A stretch of 64,000 bases of DNA from Candidatus Bathyarchaeota archaeon. Lineage in GTDB: Archaea > Thermoproteota > Bathyarchaeia > Bathyarchaeales > Bathyarchaeaceae. The notes below the pieces were generated by a model. That model searched no databases and was not told the origin of the DNA. It saw nothing but the letters and a program-made list of their open reading frames with translations. Positions within the stretch are counted from its first letter, which is position 1; every line of letters begins with the position of its first letter. The stretch lies in contig CAWDYQ010000003.1 in assembly GCA_963806645.1 (NCBI GenBank), forward strand, positions 44,327 through 108,326, written 5' to 3'. Both the position numbers and the translations under genes were made by a program. Shown in pieces: positions 10,154 to 20,625 of the stretch.

Positions 10154-10405
10154 TTAGATTGACTCTATTGTAAAATCTTCTTTAAGTAAGATATCATAAG
10201 GGGATTCTTTGTAGCAGATTATTGGTTTGGCGTTGATTATGATTTTTTCCCATAAATTGCGGTCTATATTGTATCTGAAATTATGTGTGTTCGGTTTTAG
10301 GAGACAACGATAACCTATGAAGCGTTCATTTTGGAATACAAGTCTCATTATATCTGTGCATTGAGGATCTGCGCAAGGAAGCGTCTCTCTCAGCATTTTA
10401 ATCAA
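10154..10405 (-). CDS. Hypothetical small protein
   Basis: 83-aa ORF, no recognisable motif. Confidence 0.35.
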   Translation of the reverse strand: MIKMLRETLPCADPQCTDIMRLVFQNERFIGYRCLLKPNTHNFRYNIDRNLWEKIIINAKPIICYKESPYDILLKEDFTIESI

Positions 10406-10485
10406 GTATATTAATATATAATAAACAAATAAATGTTATGAAAAAAATAAAACCAAACCATTATTAACAAGAAACATAAAATTGA

Positions 10486-11328
10486 TTAAATTCTTGACAA
10501 TATCGTTTTAGCGTTTGCAATAATTGATTCAAGTTTTTCGTAAGAAATTCCAGTTTGTTTTCTGAGCTCTGCTGAACTTTTATCAGTCAAGTGTTTTAAC
10601 AAGATTATTCTGTTTGAAATTAAGTTATGTCTAGTCTCAGTGTTTAATCCCTTTAGAAAGGTTATGGGATAGAGCTTCTTTTCTTCTATCATCTTTTCTA
10701 AGTCATGTTTCGCAGGTGAACCCCATCCAATGTGATCGATTCCTCTGCAGTTTGCATAGCGTTTGGCGTGTTCTGACAGTTTCGTGTTGCAAATAATCAT
10801 CGAGTAGTCTATTTTTAGGTTGTTTAAACCGAGTTCATATCCCTCAGTTACGTCTTCAAATACGGCTCTGGAGATTCGGCTTACGTCAAGACTTGTTCGG
10901 GTATGATAACTAAAATGGTGTTTGATTTCAACTAGACAGGTTTTTCCATTTTTTCTGGCAATCGCGTCAACTTCATGTTCTACACACTTGCCTTTCACGA
11001 TTTGGTTAGGGGTAACTTCGTAACCATGTTCGCTTAATAAAAGTTGAATATAATGTTCAAAATCAGGAGCAGGATTCAGAAGACTCAAAGCCTTTCTAAG
11101 GTCAATTTGATGTCTGAATACAGGTTTTTGTCTTCTTAAATGTTTAAAGATCATTTGAAGAATTTTTCTTGTTTCAATGCCCTCGTAAATCATTGCTTCG
11201 ACATTTTTAGTGACTGATTCAGCAACTGCACGGGTTGCACCCATCCTCAAACATGTATTAACAACTTTTTCTCGATTGAAAGGTTGTGTTGTTCCATCAG
11301 CTTTGGTTACATATACGACCAAAACCAT
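10486..11328 (-). CDS. ATP-cone domain fused to PD-(D/E)XK (Mrr-like) restriction-endonuclease-fold domain
   Basis: N-terminal ATP-cone (VTKADGTTQPFNREKVVNTCLRMG...ETRKILQMIFKHL); central nuclease motif HEVDAIARKNGKTCLVEIKHH. Confidence 0.75.
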   Translation of the reverse strand: MVLVVYVTKADGTTQPFNREKVVNTCLRMGATRAVAESVTKNVEAMIYEGIETRKILQMIFKHLRRQKPVFRHQIDLRKALSLLNPAPDFEHYIQLLLSEHGYEVTPNQIVKGKCVEHEVDAIARKNGKTCLVEIKHHFSYHTRTSLDVSRISRAVFEDVTEGYELGLNNLKIDYSMIICNTKLSEHAKRYANCRGIDHIGWGSPAKHDLEKMIEEKKLYPITFLKGLNTETRHNLISNRIILLKHLTDKSSAELRKQTGISYEKLESIIANAKTILSRI

Positions 11329-11566
11329 CTACCGAATGAGCATAGAGTTCTTGTCTGCTAAAAAGATAACCATTATTCGTGGAACACAATCGTGTTCTGA
11401 TCGATGATTGATAACTTTCTGATCGATCATTGTAGAAATATTGTAATCAAAGATATCTTGGGCGCGGGTAAGGCTCCAATTTTAAGTAGCTCAAGATGCT
11501 AAGCAATTTAAGTGCGTACAATATAGAATTGATGAGCGTTTTTGATAATAACTGTGTGAATGAGTA

Positions 11567-12562
11567 TTGAAGAGACTTGAAGTTACTGTAATAAAAAATC
11601 AAAAAGATAATGTTCAAAAAGTTTTCAAGAATTTGGAGTTATCATATGCCTACTCCACTATTAAGATAGAAAATAACGAATGTGGAAAATTCTCAAGTCT
11701 AATACCCGATAAGCTTGTCGATAAGACGATTGAAGAGATATTAAAAGGAATAGATTCGCGCATAAAGGAGAACACCATCAGCGTCTATAATGTTGAAGCT
11801 CATGTTTCCTCACATGTTGATCGAATAACCAAAAAACTGATTGCAGAAAGTCCTCCAGCCAACCCTTTTGAAAGATTAGTAGAAAATGCTGAAAAATTCA
11901 CAAACATTAACAAAGACATCATCATGATGGCACTGTTTGCTACTTTAATTGCACTTGCAGGTCTTTTTCTTGACAATGCAGTTACAGTAATTGGCGCAAT
12001 GTTGCTTTCCCCTCTACTTGGCCCTATCAATGCTTTTGCTGTAAACGCAAGCATAGGAAAAGTCAAAAAATTGGTTAGGATAGAAGTCGCAATTGTAATA
12101 CTTCTGATAGCAGTAATTGCTTTGTCGGCTTTTATAACCTTTATAGGGTCTTTTTTCTTTGATTTACCTGTTAGTTCGCAAATTGCAATTCGAAGTCAAA
12201 CGTCCTTGATTGATATTGGAATAGGACTGATCCTGGGTTTAGCTGGAGGTTTAGCTTTAGTATCTTCTGTGACCGAAATGTTAGTGGGAGTAGGAGTTGC
12301 AAGTGCTCTTTTGCCTCCAGCGGCAGTATCAGGAATAGGTTTAGCCCTAATGGACAGTGGACTATTTTCGGGTGCATTAATCTTAACGATTGTATATCTG
12401 GTTGGTTTAGAATTAGGATGTACACTAATGTTACGTGTAAAAGGTGTTCGTCCACGAAAGTTTTACCAACAAGCAGAAGCAAAAAAACACTCTGCCTATT
12501 TCATCATAACCTTTAGCATATTGCTGATATTACTTCTGATTATAGTATACTTGACAAGTTAG
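11567..12562 (+). CDS. DUF389-family membrane protein
   Basis: Soluble N-domain then hydrophobic domain with VIGAMLLSPLLGPI pattern typical of DUF389/TIGR00341. Confidence 0.7.
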   Translation: MKRLEVTVIKNQKDNVQKVFKNLELSYAYSTIKIENNECGKFSSLIPDKLVDKTIEEILKGIDSRIKENTISVYNVEAHVSSHVDRITKKLIAESPPANPFERLVENAEKFTNINKDIIMMALFATLIALAGLFLDNAVTVIGAMLLSPLLGPINAFAVNASIGKVKKLVRIEVAIVILLIAVIALSAFITFIGSFFFDLPVSSQIAIRSQTSLIDIGIGLILGLAGGLALVSSVTEMLVGVGVASALLPPAAVSGIGLALMDSGLFSGALILTIVYLVGLELGCTLMLRVKGVRPRKFYQQAEAKKHSAYFIITFSILLILLLIIVYLTS

Positions 12563-12693
12563 ACATGAAACTAATGATTAAAGCCAATTTAAAGAATTAT
12601 TGCGAGAGAGGTCGCGCTTTAATAATAAACAATTCTTGCTTATAATTTCGATCAAGGAAAATCTTAAGAGAGAACTCGTAGAAATGGTAGGTC

Positions 12694-13509
12694 ATGAGTT
12701 TTCAGGATTACGTCACCATGATTGGTGATTTTATTTTAGCCAATATTTCTGTATTGATTTTTTCAATTATCGCTATAGTCGCAGGATTCATTGCTTACAA
12801 GTTAATAGGGAAAGAAATCAAGAGGCTGCGAACTCAGAAAAAAATTGACGAAGGTCTATCATACACGCTTAATAGGATAATGAAATGGCTTATTGTTGCT
12901 GCGGTTCTTTCAGCAATTCTGGCTCAGTTAGGAGCAACAATTGGATTAATATCTGGATTATTGACCATTCTAGGCGGTACAGTGATAGGTTTTGCAGCCA
13001 TAAACACCCTTGGAAATGCGCTAGCGGGATTAATAGTTATGACAAGCCGACCTTTTAGCGTTGGAGACAGAATATTCTTCAATGAACAGTTTGCAGACGT
13101 TGTAGCAGTTGATTTAATCTATACAAAAATGTTAACGTTAGACAATGTTATAGTTTCTATTCCAAATCAAGAGTTACTAAAAACTGCAATCGATAATTTT
13201 GGAAAAAAACGTGTAATTAGAAGACATTGCAGTATAACTCCAGGCTTTGAATATAATAGCTCAGATGTTGAAAAGGCACTATTGGAAGCTGCAGGAAAAG
13301 TTAAACAAGTTTTGCAGGATCCTAAGCCATACGTTTGGATAACCAAATTTCAAAACTACGCAGTTGAATACACCCTTTATGTCTTTATCAATGACGTTAA
13401 AAAATTGCCAAGTATTGACGCTGAAATCTACAGAACAGTATTTGAAACATGCAAAGAACATAAAATAGACATTAGCACACCGTTACTTCTTAAACAGCTA
13501 AGAGAATAG
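12694..13509 (+). CDS. Small-conductance mechanosensitive channel (MscS family)
   Basis: 3 TM + GNALAGLIVMTSRPFSVGDRI pore/beta-domain signature. Confidence 0.85.
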   Translation: MSFQDYVTMIGDFILANISVLIFSIIAIVAGFIAYKLIGKEIKRLRTQKKIDEGLSYTLNRIMKWLIVAAVLSAILAQLGATIGLISGLLTILGGTVIGFAAINTLGNALAGLIVMTSRPFSVGDRIFFNEQFADVVAVDLIYTKMLTLDNVIVSIPNQELLKTAIDNFGKKRVIRRHCSITPGFEYNSSDVEKALLEAAGKVKQVLQDPKPYVWITKFQNYAVEYTLYVFINDVKKLPSIDAEIYRTVFETCKEHKIDISTPLLLKQLRE

Positions 13510-13639
13510 GAAAATGTTTTGCGTGTACATCCCAATGAACAATAGAAAGTTGTCTGTTTATGTTATTTATGGACAGCTTGCCTTATCTTAGCTGTATTAA
13601 AATAAAATTTAAAATAATGATTTTTATTGATGATGATCA

Positions 13640-14299
13640 ATGGACAAATATCCAAGTTGTATAAAAGAAGTAATTGACAAAAATCCTCGCAAGAAAAAGC
13701 AGATACTTGATTTCTTGGACCGATTTACGGTCATCGAAGATGTTCTTGTGGACAAGGAAATATTTAATCATTTTTTCAAATGCGTAGCCCCAGGATGTGG
13801 TTCATGTTGTTTTGCAGGCACATTGGTGACATTAGACGAAATAAATCGGATAAAACCTATTGTAGATGAATTAAAAGAATATCTCAGCGAATCTAAAATA
13901 CGTAGACTTAATACAATAAAAAATGAATTCTATACGAAATTTCCGATTGAAGGTTTTTTTAAGTTAAGAACATGGAACTCGTCTTGCATATTTCTAATGG
14001 AAGATAAAAGATGCGCAATTCATATGTATTGTCTGAATAATGATATTAATTGGATCAAATTCCATATCGATTTTTGTGTCACTTACCCTTTAAGAATTAG
14101 TAGAAAAAAGGACATTATACACATTGAGGAAGAATTAATCAACAAAGAATATGTGTATCCTTGTTTTAAAAGAAAAAATGAATTTAGCGAGAAGGACACA
14201 GAAACTCATTTAGTCTATTATATGAAGAATGTGATTGAAGATAGATTTGGAAAAAGTTTTTGGATTGCTCTAGAAAAAAAATACAAAAGAGAATGTTAA
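13640..14299 (+). CDS. YkgJ/UPF0153-type cysteine-cluster (Zn/Fe-chelating) protein
   Basis: CVAPGCGSCC and CIFLMEDKRCAIHMYC motifs. Confidence 0.6.
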   Translation: MDKYPSCIKEVIDKNPRKKKQILDFLDRFTVIEDVLVDKEIFNHFFKCVAPGCGSCCFAGTLVTLDEINRIKPIVDELKEYLSESKIRRLNTIKNEFYTKFPIEGFFKLRTWNSSCIFLMEDKRCAIHMYCLNNDINWIKFHIDFCVTYPLRISRKKDIIHIEEELINKEYVYPCFKRKNEFSEKDTETHLVYYMKNVIEDRFGKSFWIALEKKYKREC

Positions 14300-14562
14300 A
14301 TATGTTCAGTTTTCATATCAAATCAAGCTTGAAAAAGAATATTAATTATTTTTTCTTCTCTTTTTCTTTAACTAATTTTACGAGTTCTTCTTTTGATTGT
14401 CCTGTTTTTTTAGCAGGTCCCTTACTTACGCTTGCTCTTTTTGGTTTTGCAGCCAATTTTTTAACACCAACATTATTTATTCTATTTATTTTTAATATAA
14501 AATTTACGAAAAAAGAATATAGTTGGGTTTTTGGGAATAAACTTTAAGCCGATAATCAAATC

Positions 14563-16080
14563 TTACTTTAGATACACTAGCCTTCCTTCGACATTTCTTT
14601 TTATGTTTTGATGGTTACGAAGATATTCCTCTAAAACTTCTTTTGCTGAAGTGCTGATTAGCTTTGAGTTGCCTGGTTCAAAAAGTTCTTTTTGTGAAAT
14701 GTTGAGATTTGCTTCTGAATTGTTAGCATGGTATCCTTGAAGACAGATTTTGTATAATTCATTTTCTGAAACCGGTTTGCCATTGATAGTAATTGAGATA
14801 AGTTTGTGTTGACTGTCGCTGTATGTTGCTTGGACGTTACTGTTTACCTGGTAACATTCGCCTTCACTGTTTCTGTTTTCCAAACGCATAATATGTGAGA
14901 AAATTTTTTTAATGTTCTTTCCATTTATGGTGGACCTACGTAATACGTCATCAAAAGGGAAACAACTCAGTAAATCTCTAAGGGTGACCAATGGGCCCAT
15001 TTCTTTTATGCGAATAGAGCCACTTCCAATCAGCACTGTATCAGATTCTGCAACATCTGCAAAGGCATCTGCTATTAGATTTCCTAAAGATGTTTCAACT
15101 TCTCGTTTGGGGTGAGTGAGTTTTTGGGCAAATTTGCAGACAATTGTATTATATTTTCGGTTAATTGTATCCTGAAAAGATTGGATATATTCTTGAAGTT
15201 TAACATCTGGTTGGGCGAGACTTTCGTTGATTGGAATTAATTGCCAGCTATAGTCAATAATACTGTTTGTTTCGTCATCAACAATAATGTCAAAGCGACC
15301 AATTTGATCACTTCCAACTCCTGCTTGAGCAATTAATATATTGTTTTTTTTGGCCGGTTTATCCATTATTGTGTGAGAATGACCTCCAATTATTATGTCA
15401 ACACCCCATTCTGATTTTAAAAGATTAGCTAATTGAATGTCTGATTCAAAACCTATGTGGGTCAAAAGGATCGTTAAGTCTATGTCGTCATTTTTGTAAG
15501 CATTTAGAATTTTGCCCACTTCGCGGCTTGCATCTTCGAGTGTTACAAAACTACCAATAAGTTTATCCTGTTTAATGGAATCCATGACTTTTTCGGTAAT
15601 TATGCCTGTAAAAAGTATGTCAAATCCAGCTTTTTTTAAAATAAGATAAGGTTTCATCAACCGCTTGTTGTATTTCCTGATATACAAATTTGCATTTACA
15701 ATTGGAAAGTTTGCCATTTTTTCAAGAAATAGAAGATGTGGTAGGCCGTAATCGAACTCATGATTACCTAAAGCTACTACATCTGGAGCGAGGTAATTCA
15801 TTATCTCGATTGTTGAAATTCCTTTGTATTCAGAGTCAATTAGTGAACCTTGAACCATGTCTCCAGAGATGACATAGAATACATTTTCCTCTTCTTGTCG
15901 TACTTTGTTAATGTAACCGGATAATAGTGCTAGTCCACCAATTAATTTGCCTTCTTTGCCTTGAACTTCGGCTAGAAAGTCTCCATGCATATCGTTGGAG
16001 TGTAATATGGTAAATTTTTTGGTTTTGGTAAAATTTCTTTCCCCCTGTACCTCTATTATCACGATAAACAGTATAAACAA
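14563..16080 (-). CDS. Bifunctional metallophosphatase / 5'-nucleotidase (UshA-like)
   Basis: HSNDMHGDF, GDMVQGS, GNHEFDYG, GGHSH calcineurin-like motifs plus 5'-nucleotidase C-terminal domain. Confidence 0.85.
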   Translation of the reverse strand: MFILFIVIIEVQGERNFTKTKKFTILHSNDMHGDFLAEVQGKEGKLIGGLALLSGYINKVRQEEENVFYVISGDMVQGSLIDSEYKGISTIEIMNYLAPDVVALGNHEFDYGLPHLLFLEKMANFPIVNANLYIRKYNKRLMKPYLILKKAGFDILFTGIITEKVMDSIKQDKLIGSFVTLEDASREVGKILNAYKNDDIDLTILLTHIGFESDIQLANLLKSEWGVDIIIGGHSHTIMDKPAKKNNILIAQAGVGSDQIGRFDIIVDDETNSIIDYSWQLIPINESLAQPDVKLQEYIQSFQDTINRKYNTIVCKFAQKLTHPKREVETSLGNLIADAFADVAESDTVLIGSGSIRIKEMGPLVTLRDLLSCFPFDDVLRRSTINGKNIKKIFSHIMRLENRNSEGECYQVNSNVQATYSDSQHKLISITINGKPVSENELYKICLQGYHANNSEANLNISQKELFEPGNSKLISTSAKEVLEEYLRNHQNIKRNVEGRLVYLK

Positions 16081-16762
16081 AGTTACTATAAAAAGAATTC
16101 AAGAGGATTTTGTCAATATGAGATTTTTCTGTTCTTATGATTCAATTTTGAGGGGTAAAATCATTTCACAAAATTATCATAATGTCTAGACTGGATCTAA
16201 TTAACAATAAACATGCAATAGCTAATTCTCCTGAAGATTTAGAATAGTAGCAAGCCAAAAAGGCTAATAAGACTAATCAATATAGGGAAAACAAGCAGTT
16301 TGCTTTTCGTAGAGAGGCCGAACAGTAACAGACCGTTTTACCTTTTTCAAGAGTATTTCTGGCTTCAACACTAAAGTTACCATAAAAAAATCAAGTAGGA
16401 ATAGAAAATGAAAAAGAATATAAAAACCAAAAGAGAGACAGACAGCTCCACTAATCCAAACATTTGCCAATTTGTTGTAGAATATTACCTAAAAACAAAA
16501 GATAAAAATTAACCTCAAAAGATGAAACATATTTTTGCTAACTTTTTTACATATTTTTTTATTTCATTATTTGCTCTTTTTCATTGTTTCAATATTTTTT
16601 CCATATGCAGATTCAGGAATTATGAAAAAATGGTTATAAACCTAAAAATAGGCAAAAAAAAGGCTTTTTTTTAGATTTAGGACATTAATACTCCTTATTT
16701 TATTGGCTAAAGGTAATTATTCTGGTTATTGTGGTACCCAATATAAGAGGTGAATTATTTTG

Positions 16763-16825
16763 ATGTTTGAAGATGAAGAAGACTGGGAAGACTTTGACGA
16801 TGAAGACGAAGATGAGGATGACTAG
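16763..16825 (+). CDS. Candidate 20-aa hyper-acidic micro-protein MFEDEEDWEDFDDEDEDEDD
   Basis: ATG preceded by AAGAGGTGA (spacer about 9 nt) inside a 1.3-kb gene-poor spacer; 17 of 20 residues D/E. Confidence 0.3.
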   Translation: MFEDEEDWEDFDDEDEDEDD

Positions 16826-17346
16826 AAAAGTAGTGTTGAATTTCTAAATCCTTTGGAAAGAAAAGGATAGAAAAATGGTGATTTCTAGTTAAATTGGATT
16901 TTTTATATCATGTTTTTTTAGTATACAAAGATTAAAGGGAAGACAGCAGAGCCAACATATTACTTGTTGCTCGGACAGAGTAGAATTCAGACTCGTTGGG
17001 TCCAAGTAAAATTATTTTTTAGAAAAATAAAATGACCTGAAAGAAAACAGTTGATAATTATTGAGATAATAATTAATGAATACTAAGTATTCACTCAACT
17101 AAATCATTATAAGATAAACCATCAAATTCTCGGATTTATTATTTACATTCGGATTGCTGCTGAACCTGTCACTTCAAAGAACGGAAATTAAAAACAGCTA
17201 TTGAAAAGGAAACCAAGGAATTTTGGAACTTTTTGTAGTTTGATATAACAAGTGTAGGAAAATTTTAGATGTGTATACATGTTCAACATGAATACAGGTG
17301 GCAAAAATGGAGAAAAAGTTACCTATTCGAGTTTGGTGGGCATAAG

Positions 17347-17390
17347 TAATCCGCTAAATTAACGGATTATTAGTCTATTTTTTATTTTGT
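17347..17390 (+). terminator. Hairpin (taatccg-N9-cggatta) followed by T-tracts
   Basis: 7-bp inverted repeat 17347-17353/17363-17369 then tattttttatttt; directly after a 12-codon SD-preceded ORF (17307-17345). Confidence 0.3.
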
Positions 17391-17461
17391 TGTTTAATCG
17401 ATTTATTTTCCTTTTTTTAATGATTTAATTCTTCGATTGTTGACAAGTGATATCTTTCCTT

Positions 17462-18661
17462 TCATCTAGTCATTGCTCTCTTAAACAATGGTAATGCTAC
17501 AGCTGTCATAACGATCCCGAACACAATCAATATGGATAGTTCAAAGCTTATTGCTGGTATGTCGGCTCCAAGCACCATTACTTTTCTTAAGGCATCAGCG
17601 ACGTATGTCAGTGGTAGGAACCTTGAGATACCCTGCATGAACCATGGCATCTGCTCTACCGGGAAGAACACTCCGCTAAGGAACATCATCGGGAACATTA
17701 TTGTAGTCATCATCATAACGGCTGTTTCTTGGTCCTTCGCGAACGAGGTCAATACGACTCCTAAACCAACAAAGCTGAATACACCCAGCAGCAACAAAGC
17801 AAAAACTAATAGAATACTTCCATGTATAGTCACTCCAAACAAAATCATAGATAATACGAGTATAAGGACCCCTTGGAGTATTCCACGTGCCATCTGAGCA
17901 AAAGTTTTTCCAAGAATAACCGAAAGCCTGTTGATTGGAGCAACCATCATCCCATCCAAGGTACCGACTTCTCGTTCTTGAGAAATAGCTGCAGGCAAAC
18001 CTGTCATTACACTCATCATAACGGTCATTGCCATGATCCCTGGAGCAATAAAATCAAAATAGCTGAATTCGCCTTCAATGGATCCTTTGATTTGAACGTC
18101 ATATGGCTTTACAATTGCTAAGGCACTGTTTAGATCGATTCCCAATTCTTGTGCAATGTTTTGCTGAGCTAATGCAGTACCCATCTGCTCAAAGACTTGG
18201 TTCATTACAGCTTGTATCATTGCAGACATTTGTGGATTGGATTGATCTGTTACGAGTGTAATTGTTCCCTGCTGTCCATTCATGATGTTTTGTGTGAATT
18301 CGCTAGAGATTATTATGCCGCCTTCAGCATCTCCAGTTTGAATCATCTCACGTATATCATCAAGGTTTGAAGCATTAGTAAGTGTCATCATCCCAGTGTT
18401 CTCATTTATTGTGTTTAATGTCAGGATGAAAGTTGAGCTTAAACTGTAATCTCCGAATCCGGTATCCTCATTTACTAAGGCGATTGGAATATTGTTTAGA
18501 GAAGTTTCAGAAGGATAAATGAAACCAACCATCCCCATCATGAATATTGGCATCAGTATTAGCAGTACTAGTCCCATTCGGTTCCGGAACAACTCCATTA
18601 AGTCTTTCCAAGCAATCCGGAAACTATGCGAGATCATATTTTTTGCTCCCATCTTGATCAC
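17462..18661 (-). CDS. ABC-2 type transporter permease
   Basis: N-terminal TM, large extracytoplasmic loop, 5 C-terminal TM; overlaps upstream ATPase gene by 4 nt. Confidence 0.85.
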   Translation of the reverse strand: MIKMGAKNMISHSFRIAWKDLMELFRNRMGLVLLILMPIFMMGMVGFIYPSETSLNNIPIALVNEDTGFGDYSLSSTFILTLNTINENTGMMTLTNASNLDDIREMIQTGDAEGGIIISSEFTQNIMNGQQGTITLVTDQSNPQMSAMIQAVMNQVFEQMGTALAQQNIAQELGIDLNSALAIVKPYDVQIKGSIEGEFSYFDFIAPGIMAMTVMMSVMTGLPAAISQEREVGTLDGMMVAPINRLSVILGKTFAQMARGILQGVLILVLSMILFGVTIHGSILLVFALLLLGVFSFVGLGVVLTSFAKDQETAVMMMTTIMFPMMFLSGVFFPVEQMPWFMQGISRFLPLTYVADALRKVMVLGADIPAISFELSILIVFGIVMTAVALPLFKRAMTR

Positions 18662-19683
18662 CTTATCCTCCGTTGCGTTCCAAATCGTCTATGATTAGGC
18701 AAAGGAATCTTTTTGTCTGCTTTGTCGCGCATTGCCCTTCCAGTAATATGTAAGAAAACGTCTTCTAATGTAGGTTGAATGTTCTGCATCGAAACTATGT
18801 TTCCTTTCTTCGCGCGTATGGCATCTATAATGCTGTCAAAAGCACCATCACCGTGAGCATGAACCTTTAAATGACTAGTGTTTTCTTGCGAAACAGTCTC
18901 AACGCACTTAAGGTCTCTTACTGTCGCTATCAGTTCTGGTGTTAAATTAGCGATTTCCAAGATTAGGATAGTTGTATTTGCTCCAGAAATATCATTTTTC
19001 AGGTTAGTTGGTGTGTCAAGGGATGCAATTTTTCCATGGTCTATTATGCCTATTCGATCACAGAGGATGTCAGCCTCGTTCATCATGTGGGTGGTAAGTA
19101 TGATGGTGGTTTTGTTTTCTTGATTAATTTTTTTGATAAACTCTCTTACCTCAACAGTAGATTGAGGGTCCAAACCTAAGGTAGGCTCGTCTAAAAACAA
19201 TACTTCAGGCAAATTGAGTAAAGCTCTTACTACATTCATTCTTTGTTTCATTCCAGTTGAAAAAGTGCCAACTTTGGAGTCTTTCCATTGTGTGAGCTGA
19301 ACAAGCTCAAGAAGTTCATCAATCCTTTGACTGAGAGTTGATTTTGGGATGTTGTAAAGTTTTCCAAAAAATCTAAGGTTTTCTTTCGCTGTTAACCGGT
19401 CGTACATAATCATTTTTTCGGAAACCAGACCAATCAATTGCCTAACTTTATTGTCTTGCTTTACTATGTCATATCCACCGATTTTTGCAGATCCCTCTGT
19501 AGGTCTGGTTAATGTGGAAAGCATTCGAATAGTCGTCGTTTTCCCAGCACCATTTGGTCCAAGTAATCCGAAAATTTCGCTTTTTTTCACATCAAATGTA
19601 ATATGGTCTACAGCTGTGAATCCGTTGAACTTTTTTGTTAGGTTGTTAACTTCAATCATTGGTTTGCTTTCCAACAAATTCAC
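18658..19683 (-). CDS. ABC transporter ATP-binding protein (DrrA/CcmA-like, with C-terminal extension)
   Basis: Walker A GPNGAGKTT, signature STGMKQR, Walker B LFLDEPTLGLD. Confidence 0.92.
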   Translation of the reverse strand: MNLLESKPMIEVNNLTKKFNGFTAVDHITFDVKKSEIFGLLGPNGAGKTTTIRMLSTLTRPTEGSAKIGGYDIVKQDNKVRQLIGLVSEKMIMYDRLTAKENLRFFGKLYNIPKSTLSQRIDELLELVQLTQWKDSKVGTFSTGMKQRMNVVRALLNLPEVLFLDEPTLGLDPQSTVEVREFIKKINQENKTTIILTTHMMNEADILCDRIGIIDHGKIASLDTPTNLKNDISGANTTILILEIANLTPELIATVRDLKCVETVSQENTSHLKVHAHGDGAFDSIIDAIRAKKGNIVSMQNIQPTLEDVFLHITGRAMRDKADKKIPLPNHRRFGTQRRIR

Positions 19684-19750
19684 CTATACGATATGTTTTG
19701 TTGCAATATATCACACCAAAATATAAATATTACTTTTATATCAAAGGAGA

Positions 19751-20368
19751 ATGAAATTCATGCACTCTAAACACGAAGAAAAAACAGCTACTCAATGGAT
19801 TAAAGAGTCACAAAAAGGCTACATGCGCATAGCCTTCCTAATTTTATTAAGCAAAAGACCATGTCATGGATACGAAATGATGAAAGAGGTGAGAGAAAGA
19901 ACTGAAGGTTTCTGGAAACCTACAGCAGGAGGCGTTTATCCCATTCTTCAGAGCCTAGAAAAATCGGGATACATAAAAGGAGAATGGAGCCCACAAAAAA
20001 GAAAAAGAAAAATTTATCACATAAATGAATCGGGAAAACTCATTCTTGATCGAGCCTTACTTAAGCAAAACCAAATTGCTGAAAGCATGAATAGTCTGTT
20101 CAAAGACTATGCAAGAGAAGTGTTAGGTTTAGAAGCTAAAGCCTTGAAAATGCCCAAAATACCAAATCCTTTTTCTCCATTCCTTGAAAAAGGATCGGAA
20201 AATATGATTGAAGCTCTTGAGATGAAAAATAAACAAATCTTACATATGATAAAAATTTTGGAAAGTGAAAATGAAAAAATTATCAAACAATTAGCGAAGT
20301 TAAAAAAACAAAAAAATAAAACTAAACTTTCTGATTCGGAAAGAGAACCAACAGAGAAAGGGAATTGA
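19751..20368 (+). CDS. PadR-family transcriptional regulator with C-terminal coiled coil
   Basis: wHTH pattern LSKRPCHGYEMMKEV...GGVYPILQSLEKSGYIKGEW; divergent from the ABC operon. Confidence 0.85.
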   Translation: MKFMHSKHEEKTATQWIKESQKGYMRIAFLILLSKRPCHGYEMMKEVRERTEGFWKPTAGGVYPILQSLEKSGYIKGEWSPQKRKRKIYHINESGKLILDRALLKQNQIAESMNSLFKDYAREVLGLEAKALKMPKIPNPFSPFLEKGSENMIEALEMKNKQILHMIKILESENEKIIKQLAKLKKQKNKTKLSDSEREPTEKGN

Positions 20369-20393
20369 TTAAAAAAAGATTGAGTTGTATGAA

Positions 20394-20561
20394 ATGCCTT
20401 GGAAATTAATACATGTCAGGAAATCCGGTCGAAAACCTTTGAATGGTAGAAAATGTACAATTTGCGAAACCGAAATTAATGAAGAGCAAGCTTGGAGTAA
20501 TCGAAACAAACATCGTTCAAAATATATTTGTAAGATTTGCTTTCCTAAACTATGGATTTGA
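20394..20561 (+). CDS. Small zinc-ribbon protein (55 aa)
   Basis: MPWKLIHVRKSGRKPLNGRKCTICETEINEEQAWSNRNKHRSKYICKICFPKLWI; CxxC...CxxC; below ORF-track length cut-off. Confidence 0.4.
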   Translation: MPWKLIHVRKSGRKPLNGRKCTICETEINEEQAWSNRNKHRSKYICKICFPKLWI

Positions 20562-20625
20562 TTATGGTAGTATAAAAAGTAGAAAAATTTACTTGCTTAA
20601 ACATGATTCAAGCTAATATTATGAG

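Noticed and set aside
14260-14547. 95-aa low-complexity plus-strand ORF. Alternatively, a Lys-rich roughly 37-aa minus-strand ORF (..AAKPKRASVSKGPAKKTGQSKEELVKLVKEKEKKK).
   Set aside because: The plus ORF is Phe/Leu-rich translation of an A/T-rich spacer. The minus ORF has only a TTG start and no SD. Neither can be supported.
15908-16189. Two 64-aa ORFs around the 5' end of the 5'-nucleotidase gene.
   Set aside because: They overlap the supported gene or its promoter region and have no motifs.
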